Position numbers and translations under genes: made by a program
Notes under the pieces: model-generated
What the model saw: only the letters and a program-made list of their open reading frames with translations
The model's database searches: none
Told to the model about the DNA's origin: nothing
Part shown: piece by piece, positions 24,410 through 31,653 of the stretch
Numbering within the stretch: the first letter of the stretch is position 1
Layout of the letters: every line of letters starts with the position of its first letter
Assembly: GCA_002367305.1 (NCBI GenBank)
Contig: DFBG01000162.1
Location: 1 to 36,852 of the forward strand
Length of the DNA stretch: 36,852 bases
Direction: 5' to 3'
Source of the DNA: Actinobacteria bacterium UBA3086
GTDB taxonomy: Bacteria > Actinomycetota > Coriobacteriia > Anaerosomatales > UBA3086

Positions 24410-25153
24410 GTGAAGGGACTTCTCGTGGACGGTAGTTCGATCGGCTTCGTCGCGGCATTCGTCGCGGGTCTTGTGTCGTTCCTTTCGCCCTGCGTTCTTC
24501 CGCTGATACCCGGATACATCTCATTCATGACCGGTCTCAGTATGAGCGAGCTCAATGAGGGCAAAGGTGGCGTCCGGGCGATTCTCGCGCCGTCACTGTT
24601 GTTCGTCGCTGGTTTCTCATTCGTGTTCGTGGCCCTGGGTGCCTCGGCATCGGTCCTGGGCTCGGTCCTCATGGACTATCGAAGTCAGCTCGAGATAGCC
24701 GCCGGTGTTCTCGTGTTCCTCCTGGGCTTCTTCATGCTGGGCATCATCAAGGTGCCCTGGCTGTATGGTGAGGCTCGCATGGAGATGTCGCGCTCCAGGA
24801 GTTTCGGCAAAGGTGCCGCGCTCATCATGGGCATGGCCTTCGCCTTCGGATGGACCCCGTGTGTCGGACCGATCCTGGGTTCGATCCTTGCACTCGCTGG
24901 GTCCAGTGGCAGTGTCGGTAGGGGTGCGGCGTTGTTGGCCGTCTATTCGTTGGGACTCGGCGTACCGTTCATACTCACGGCACTGTTGTTCGGTCGCATG
25001 ACCGGTGTGCTGAGGTGGCTGAACCAGCGTTCACTCGTGATCAACCGCGTGGCCGGAGCGTTGCTCATGGCTGTCGGCGTGCTCATCTTCACTGGCCGCC
25101 TCTCCATCCTTGCCGGATGGCTCACCAGGATCCTCCCGACGATCGAACTCTGA
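24410..25153 (+). CDS. ccdA: CcdA/DsbD-family transmembrane thiol:disulfide electron transporter
   Basis: FLSPCVLPLIPGY and GWTPCVGPILG are the two conserved Cys motifs of CcdA. Six predicted TM helices. Confidence 0.9.
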   Translation: MKGLLVDGSSIGFVAAFVAGLVSFLSPCVLPLIPGYISFMTGLSMSELNEGKGGVRAILAPSLLFVAGFSFVFVALGASASVLGSVLMDYRSQLEIAAGVLVFLLGFFMLGIIKVPWLYGEARMEMSRSRSFGKGAALIMGMAFAFGWTPCVGPILGSILALAGSSGSVGRGAALLAVYSLGLGVPFILTALLFGRMTGVLRWLNQRSLVINRVAGALLMAVGVLIFTGRLSILAGWLTRILPTIEL

Positions 25154-25211
25154 TACTCGTGCGATAGCGGCTTCTCCACAGGTGTTCTACCATGGACACT
25201 GAGGGGGACAT

Positions 25212-28200
25212 GTGTTGCACGTGGGATTCGGGCGCAGCCGCATAGCGAGCCTGGCAGCCAGACTCGTCGCCATAACAGTCGTGATCGTGATTCTTGCTGT
25301 CACGATCATCAGTACGACAGCGCTAGCCGGAGTGTATGAGCTTGCCCGGCACCAAGTGGGCGAACGTCATCAGACGCTCGTAGATGGCCTATCCGTTGAG
25401 ATCGAAACTCGTTTGAGTGGGGTTTCTCGGGTCGTTCAGCGAGGTGCTGCCAGCGCTGCAACTGCCGAGGCCGGGGCCTTCGACTCCGAGACGTTCCTTC
25501 AAGAGTACGCGGACGGGGTCACGTACATCGATAGGCTCGTGATAGCCCGTGATGGAGTGGTTCTCGGAGTGCTGCCGGTCTCTGACCCACCCACATTCTT
25601 GACGGGGGATGCTTCTTTACCCGCGACTTCTGTTAATCGCACCTTCTTCTATGAGCCGTTGGCCGATGGCACCATGGCGGTTTGGGCAACTCAGGAGACG
25701 CAGAACGGGCTCACGGTCTATGCAAGGATGCGCTCCAATCTCCTGGCCGAGAGGGTCTTGGAAGCTTCTGATGTGATGCAGGAGCGCGTGGCACTGGTCG
25801 TGGACGAGGACGGAGGAGTCATCGCGGAAGGGCGAGGAGCCTCCGACCTCGTGCTCTCTTCCGTTGAGTACGAGCACGATGACTCGATCGGTGGCGCAGT
25901 CAGCGTGAAGACCGTGGACGGGGTTTCGCTCATCGGTCGTTTTGCGGACTCAGACCCGAATCTGGGAGTCAACTGGCGCATCCTTGTGGCGGAGCCACGG
26001 ACTACGATGCGCGATGCGACGTTCGATGCGCTGATTCCTGCTGTGCTTGCTCTGATACTGACGGGATTCGTCTCGGTCATCATCGCCACCATTGCCGGTC
26101 ATAGACTGATTCGACCGCTGAAGGATCTTGAAGCGCGCGCGTATGAGGGTGCAGTAGGAGCGTACGTCCGCCCGATACGTGCGGAGCGTGCCGACGAGGT
26201 CGGTCGGTTGGCTGAAGCCTTCAACATGATCGCGCTGCGGTTGAATTCGCTTCACGATCTTTCTCAGCTTCTGGCCAGTTCATCACATTCGGATGAGGTG
26301 CTTGATCGGATACTCTCGGCTACCTCCCACATAGTGGGCACGGGGAGTGTGGCGATCTATCTCTTTGATGACGAGAGGACGTCGCTCTATCCTGCTCGTG
26401 CCAGAGGGTCGCTTCAGCACACGGCGCAATCGGTCGTGGACCACAAGAGCGGATGGCTCATGAATGCGGCCCTCGCAGGCGGCCCGACAGCGTTCTCTGG
26501 ATTGCCTCCCGAACTGGCGGCGACATTCGATGTGGAGGATTCCGACGAGCCCATCACCTGTCTAACCGCTCCTCTTTCTGTCGCCGATGACGTGCTTGGA
26601 GTCATTCTGATCATTCGACGGAATCGTCGTTCCATGACGCAGGCGGAAACGGAGATGATTCGAACTCTCTCTGCGCAGGCTGCCATCGCCGTGCACAACG
26701 CACATCTCTTCGCCGAAGAGTCCGCTTCAAGACGTGAAGCGGAGCTTATGCGAATAGTGGCGGAACATCTCGCTCGTCCGGGCGACCTTGCTGATTCGCT
26801 TGTCTCAGTCTGTGACATTGCCTGTGAACTTCTGGGCGGATACGTCTGCAAACTCGCTGTGATCGAACCGCAGCAGTTCGGTCTTTCGATGCCTGAGACT
26901 TCCGTGAACACGGCACTCTTGCAGCTCTGGCGAGAACAAGAACCCAAACAAGGGCAGGGTGTAATGCTCGTGGCGGGGCAAGATCAACGAGCCGATGCCC
27001 TTCTCGGGTTGTTTAGCGCACAGCAGGTGGAGCTGATCCCTGTTGTGAGGTCCAGTGGTCCTGCAGGGGTATTTGCCCTCTTCCACGCGGAGAACCATGG
27101 TCCCCCAACTGGCCATGAACGGACTCTCGCTGCTGCCGTGGCCCAACAGGTTGCTCTCGCACTTGAGAATGCCTTCTACTTCCAGGAGGCCCAAAATCGC
27201 ACTGCGGATCTCGAGACCGTATTTCGGATCAGCCAAGCAGTCAGCTCTTCGTTGCAGATCAAGGTCGTACTCAACCGTGTACTCGATGTGGTCCAGAAGA
27301 TCTTCTCGGCGGACGCGGTCGCCCTCATGACTTACGACGAGTCCCGCAAGCGACTGAGCACCGCAATGGCGCGGGGGACAGTTTCCTCTGGGCTGCTGCA
27401 CTACGATCGACCCGTCGGTGATGATGTGATCGGCTGGGTGTTCGAGTCTCACGAACCGACGCGTATCGACGCGCTGGATACGGTCGATGATGATCTGGCC
27501 AAGGGCGTGGCGCGCAGAGGACTCAGGTCATTACTCACTGTGCCGTTGCTGGCTCGGGGTCGCAGCATCGGCGTGCTTTCCGTGTTCTCAAGGGAGCCGA
27601 ATGCCTTTGGCGATGCAGATATGGAGCTGCTGCACACGTTCGCCTCGCAGGCGGCGTTGGCCATCGATACGGCAAATGTCTACAGTCGGGAGCACAAGGT
27701 CGCCTCCGTTCTGCAGTCGAGTATTCTTCCTGCGGAGTTGCCGGTGTTCGATGAGCTTGAGACCTCGACCGTCTACTTGCCCTCTGGAGGCGAGTCGGAG
27801 ATCGGTGGTGACTACTACGACGTGTTTCGCGCCCCGGATGATCGCATTGTTGCCGCGATGGCGGATGTTTGCGGTAAGGGCATCGAAGCGGCGACCAAGA
27901 CGTCGATGATCAAATACACGATCAGGGCACTCGTGGCTGCCGGGTATGAGCCGGCCCAAGTGCTGTCGGAAGTGAACCGTATGGTCGCAGCGGGAGGGCG
28001 TTCGACGGACATTGTGACCGTGTGGATCGGTTTTCTGGATGTCGCTGCAGGTGAGATCACACATGCTGATGGAGGGCATCCGCCTGCTCTGTTGCTCCGT
28101 GCGGACGGTGGTGAGGTTGACCGTCTCGGTGTGACCGGACCATTGCTTGGTGCGGTCGATAACGCAGTGTATGAGCAGGAGAGCACTCGTGTTCAGCAGG

Positions 28201-28427
28201 GAGATGTCGTTCTCCTGTACACCGATGGAGTGACCGAGGCGCGAGAAGGGAATAAGTTCTTTGGCGAGGGTCGAGTCCGCCGCGCTCTGCATTACGGTGG
28301 CTCGGCCGTTGACGTATCGCAGCGGTTGCACGCTGCACTTGATCGCTTCGTCCGCGGCGACCTGCGTGATGACGCCGCGGTACTTGTTTTGAAGATTCAC
28401 CCTCAGCATCAAGAGACGAGCACGTGA
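25212..28427 (+). CDS. membrane sensor: extracytoplasmic domain-HAMP-3xGAF-PP2C (SpoIIE/RsbU-type) phosphatase
   Basis: TM helix, about 250 aa of extracytoplasmic domain, second TM helix, HAMP domain (RPLKDLE...EVGRLAEAFNMIALRL), and three GAF-like segments. PP2C motifs are GGDYYDVF, DVCGKG and TDGVTEA. Confidence 0.85.
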   Translation: MLHVGFGRSRIASLAARLVAITVVIVILAVTIISTTALAGVYELARHQVGERHQTLVDGLSVEIETRLSGVSRVVQRGAASAATAEAGAFDSETFLQEYADGVTYIDRLVIARDGVVLGVLPVSDPPTFLTGDASLPATSVNRTFFYEPLADGTMAVWATQETQNGLTVYARMRSNLLAERVLEASDVMQERVALVVDEDGGVIAEGRGASDLVLSSVEYEHDDSIGGAVSVKTVDGVSLIGRFADSDPNLGVNWRILVAEPRTTMRDATFDALIPAVLALILTGFVSVIIATIAGHRLIRPLKDLEARAYEGAVGAYVRPIRAERADEVGRLAEAFNMIALRLNSLHDLSQLLASSSHSDEVLDRILSATSHIVGTGSVAIYLFDDERTSLYPARARGSLQHTAQSVVDHKSGWLMNAALAGGPTAFSGLPPELAATFDVEDSDEPITCLTAPLSVADDVLGVILIIRRNRRSMTQAETEMIRTLSAQAAIAVHNAHLFAEESASRREAELMRIVAEHLARPGDLADSLVSVCDIACELLGGYVCKLAVIEPQQFGLSMPETSVNTALLQLWREQEPKQGQGVMLVAGQDQRADALLGLFSAQQVELIPVVRSSGPAGVFALFHAENHGPPTGHERTLAAAVAQQVALALENAFYFQEAQNRTADLETVFRISQAVSSSLQIKVVLNRVLDVVQKIFSADAVALMTYDESRKRLSTAMARGTVSSGLLHYDRPVGDDVIGWVFESHEPTRIDALDTVDDDLAKGVARRGLRSLLTVPLLARGRSIGVLSVFSREPNAFGDADMELLHTFASQAALAIDTANVYSREHKVASVLQSSILPAELPVFDELETSTVYLPSGGESEIGGDYYDVFRAPDDRIVAAMADVCGKGIEAATKTSMIKYTIRALVAAGYEPAQVLSEVNRMVAAGGRSTDIVTVWIGFLDVAAGEITHADGGHPPALLLRADGGEVDRLGVTGPLLGAVDNAVYEQESTRVQQGDVVLLYTDGVTEAREGNKFFGEGRVRRALHYGGSAVDVSQRLHAALDRFVRGDLRDDAAVLVLKIHPQHQETST

Positions 28428-28447
28428 CGATACAAATGGAGAGTGGG

Positions 28448-29224
28448 ATGGCTGTAGGGATCCGCCGGGAAGGGCAGTCCGGTACGTGTATCGTTGATTT
28501 CGAAGGTGATATTGATATCTCCGTTGTGCCCGAATTCCGCCGTGAACTGGAGTTTGCACTCGCCGGAGGGTGTTCTCATATCGTGATCGACCTCAGTCGT
28601 GTGGAGTATGCGGATAGTTCAGCGCTGGGACTTCTCGTTTGGCTGGATCGCCGTTTGACTCCTATCGAGGGGCGTTTGGTCCTAGCGGGAGTGACCCATG
28701 ATGTCGCTCGTGTTTTGGAGCTTTCCGGTCTCGTGTCGGTGGCTAGATCGATCACTACCACGTCCAGCGTGAAGATCGCGCTCGAAGGACTCGATTTCCA
28801 AGAGGCTCAAGTAGATCCTCTGTGGACGCGTCGGGTCTTGATGAGCGCTGACGTGGATGTGCTGGGGGATATGCGGCGGGAGGTCTGCCGCATAGCTGGG
28901 CCGCTCGGATTCTCTGAGGCCGCTCTATTCGATATCAAAGTGGCGGTCGGGGAGGCCCTAGCGAATGCAGTGCGACACGGCTCATCCAGTGTCGAGGACA
29001 GTATTGAGATCGTGATAAGGGCCTACGATGATCGCTTGGTCATCGATGTGGAGGATACCGGGGTAGGCTTCGATGGCGAGCACAATGGGGCAGATGATCC
29101 GTATGCATCTGGCGGTCGGGGCATAATGTTCATGCGGGCACTTATGGATCGCGTGGAATTCTCGTCACGGGAGAAATCGGGTACGCTCGTGACACTCGTG
29201 AAGCATCGAGCTCCCGTGGGCTAG
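28448..29224 (+). CDS. fusion protein: STAS anti-sigma-antagonist domain plus RsbW/SpoIIAB-type serine kinase (HATPase) domain
   Basis: N-terminal half has the STAS pattern with the phosphorylatable DSSALG motif. C-terminal half has EALANAVRHG (N-box), DTGVGF and GGRGIMFM. ATG 28448 follows GGAGAG. An alternative GTG at 28424 overlaps the phosphatase stop (GTGA). Confidence 0.8.
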   Translation: MAVGIRREGQSGTCIVDFEGDIDISVVPEFRRELEFALAGGCSHIVIDLSRVEYADSSALGLLVWLDRRLTPIEGRLVLAGVTHDVARVLELSGLVSVARSITTTSSVKIALEGLDFQEAQVDPLWTRRVLMSADVDVLGDMRREVCRIAGPLGFSEAALFDIKVAVGEALANAVRHGSSSVEDSIEIVIRAYDDRLVIDVEDTGVGFDGEHNGADDPYASGGRGIMFMRALMDRVEFSSREKSGTLVTLVKHRAPVG

Positions 29225-29254
29225 AACACGCGGCGGGCAACAGGAGGATCATTC

Positions 29255-30352
29255 TTGGAAGCCCGTCGAATTCTGATTCTCACAGCGTCGTACGGCGGCG
29301 GCCATCGCGCCGTTTCATCGGCGATAGAAGCTTACTATCGTGACTATTCAGACGCAGAAGTCCGCGTGATCGATCTTCTCGATGTTGCGGCCCCTCAACT
29401 CAACGTTCTGGCCAAATTCGCCTATCAGCGATCGGAATCGTTCTTTCCGACAATGACCGGCTCATTCTCCCAGCTGGAGGAGGCGTTCCCCGATAGCCAG
29501 GTCGTCCAGGAGGTCAAGGCGAGCGGTCTGGGTCATCTGGGTAGCATCATCGATGATTGGGCGCCTCATGCGGTCGTTTCCGTGTGTCCACTAGCAGCCG
29601 GGATTGCTGCAGAGGTGAAGGCGAATCGAGCATTTCTCGCCGTTTCTGTATCACTGGACTATCGGGGTGAGAGTTCATGGATCCATCCGTCGACGGACAT
29701 CCATTTCGTGCCCTGTAAAGAGACGCGGGAGGATCTCGTCGTGCGCGGTATTCCCTGGGATCGGATCGTCGTGTCCGGCATTCCGGTCTCCAAGAGCTTC
29801 TCTGAGCCTTGTTCGCGCACTGATGCTCTATCGGAGTTCGGCTTGCTGGATCGCTTCACCGTGCTGTTCACGCCGACAACGGGTACTCCAGCGGATATTC
29901 GCGAGATCGTGAAGCGCCTGCTTGATCAGGGAGTGCAAGTCGCGGTGGTCGCAGGACACAACGACAGACTGCGACACAGTTTGGAGGCGCTTGGGGAGTC
30001 GAATCGATTTTTACGGGTATTCGGTTATGTAGAGGATATGCCTAGTATGATGTGTGCAGCAGATCTCTTCGTGGGCAGGGCCGGTGGACCTGGGCTCCCC
30101 GAGGCGCTTGCGTCCGGATTGCCGTTGATCATCATGGGCCCGGTCCCCGGACAGGTGTTGCCGAATGTGGATTTCATCGCCAACTACGGGGCAGGACTGT
30201 ATGCTCGGGACGGCGATGACGTGGTCGAGAAGGTCAAGTTCCTGTCATCGCATGTGGAAAGGTTGGCCCAGATGGCAACGGATGCCAGGCTCATGGGTAG
30301 ATCAAATGCAGTGCACACTGTGTGTGAGCGCGTCGCCGCCGCTGTGCGGTGA
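29255..30352 (+). CDS. GT28-family glycosyltransferase (MGDG synthase / UgtP-like diacylglycerol glycosyltransferase)
   Basis: The N-terminus ILILTASYGGGHRAV matches the UgtP/MGDG-synthase N-terminal motif, and a GT-B C-terminal half follows. TTG start after AGGAGG. Confidence 0.7.
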   Translation: MEARRILILTASYGGGHRAVSSAIEAYYRDYSDAEVRVIDLLDVAAPQLNVLAKFAYQRSESFFPTMTGSFSQLEEAFPDSQVVQEVKASGLGHLGSIIDDWAPHAVVSVCPLAAGIAAEVKANRAFLAVSVSLDYRGESSWIHPSTDIHFVPCKETREDLVVRGIPWDRIVVSGIPVSKSFSEPCSRTDALSEFGLLDRFTVLFTPTTGTPADIREIVKRLLDQGVQVAVVAGHNDRLRHSLEALGESNRFLRVFGYVEDMPSMMCAADLFVGRAGGPGLPEALASGLPLIIMGPVPGQVLPNVDFIANYGAGLYARDGDDVVEKVKFLSSHVERLAQMATDARLMGRSNAVHTVCERVAAAVR

Positions 30353-30374
30353 AGGTCAAAATGGGAGGCCGAAG

Positions 30375-30944
30375 ATGGAACTGCGCGATGCTCTGAAAGC
30401 GCGTCGATCGATCAGATCGTTCGAGGACCGTCAGATTCCGGACGATCTGCTCGAGTCAGTAGTCGGTGCCGCATCATGGGCCCCGTCCGCATTCAATGAG
30501 CAGCCGTGGCATTTCCGTGTCGTTCGCCACGAACTGCGCGAGAAGCTCCTGGGGATCATGGTGCAGAACACCGCGTACCTCGAGGAGTTCATGAAGGTGC
30601 TTGGGCGTGAAGCGACGCCTGAGGCTATACAGTGGTACAGCGATCTCGGTGGCGCGCCGGTGATCCTAGCGTGCACCATGCCCATTGTGGACGACGAGTT
30701 CCGCGCCATGAACAAGTACCTCTCGATCGGTGCCGCAGTTCAGAACATCCTTCTTGCTGCGACGGACGCCGGTCTCGGCTCGTGCAGCGTTACGTTCTCA
30801 TTCTGGGTACGCGACGAGATCGGGGAGCTGCTCGACATCCCCAAGGACCGCATGCTCGTAGGGTTGATTGCGCTTGGGTATCCACGCGCGCTTCAGGCAC
30901 CCGTTCCTGAGCACAGGCGCGACATAGTCACGTTCATGGACTGA
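30375..30944 (+). CDS. nitroreductase-family flavoprotein
   Basis: LKARRSIRSF, APSAFNEQPW and a C-terminal GYP pattern. ATG 30375 follows GGGAGG. The ORF-track start 30165 overlaps the upstream gene. Confidence 0.8.
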   Translation: MELRDALKARRSIRSFEDRQIPDDLLESVVGAASWAPSAFNEQPWHFRVVRHELREKLLGIMVQNTAYLEEFMKVLGREATPEAIQWYSDLGGAPVILACTMPIVDDEFRAMNKYLSIGAAVQNILLAATDAGLGSCSVTFSFWVRDEIGELLDIPKDRMLVGLIALGYPRALQAPVPEHRRDIVTFMD

Positions 30945-31645
30945 TGTCTGTGGTGAGAGCTGTATTCTTCGACGTCGGCAACACGCTTGTATATCCCTAT
31001 CCGAGCGTTTCCGAGGTCTGTCACGAACTGCTTTCGCGCGCCGGGCATGAGCGCGATCTGGGTCTCATCGACTCCTACATGCCGCTCGTCGATGAGTACT
31101 ACGAGGATCGTTATCGCGAGGACGACACCTTCTGGACTGATAGAGAAGAGACGTCCAAGGTTTGGATCGGCATGTATTCTCTTCTCTGTCGCAAGCTGGG
31201 AATCGAGGACATGGCCGAGGAGCTGGCACGGGCGGTCTACGACGAATTCGGGTTTCCACATCGCTGGCGAACGTATGAGGATGTCGCACCCGCGCTCACG
31301 CGACTGCGCTCGCAGGGTCTGCGTGTCGGCATCATCTCCAATTGGGATGATCGTCTTGTCTGTCTCCTCGATGGACTCGGTGTCAGTCACTTGCTGGACA
31401 CGGTGATCTCCTCGGCGGATGTGGGTCTTCACAAGCCCGATCCTCGTATTTTCGAGCTGGCATGCGAGCGGCTCCAAGTCGAGCCGCATGAGGCGATGCA
31501 TGTGGGTGATCATCACTACGCTGATGTCCTTGGAGCGGACGCGGCCGGGATGGTTCCCGTTCTCATCGACCGTCACGGCGGTCAGGCTCCCAGCAGCGGC
31601 CGTTTTCTCCGCACTCTTGACGAACTGGACGAATACCTGCGATAG
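30944..31645 (+). CDS. HAD-superfamily hydrolase (subfamily IA-like)
   Basis: Motif I FFDVGNTL, motif II ISNWD, motif IV VGDHHYADVLGADAAGM. The start overlaps the upstream stop (TGATG). Confidence 0.8.
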   Translation: MSVVRAVFFDVGNTLVYPYPSVSEVCHELLSRAGHERDLGLIDSYMPLVDEYYEDRYREDDTFWTDREETSKVWIGMYSLLCRKLGIEDMAEELARAVYDEFGFPHRWRTYEDVAPALTRLRSQGLRVGIISNWDDRLVCLLDGLGVSHLLDTVISSADVGLHKPDPRIFELACERLQVEPHEAMHVGDHHYADVLGADAAGMVPVLIDRHGGQAPSSGRFLRTLDELDEYLR

Positions 31646-31653
31646 GGGATCTC

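Noticed and set aside
30165-30374. N-terminal 70-aa extension of the nitroreductase ORF
   Set aside because: It overlaps the glycosyltransferase gene. The family-typical N-terminus begins at ATG 30375, preceded by GGGAGG.
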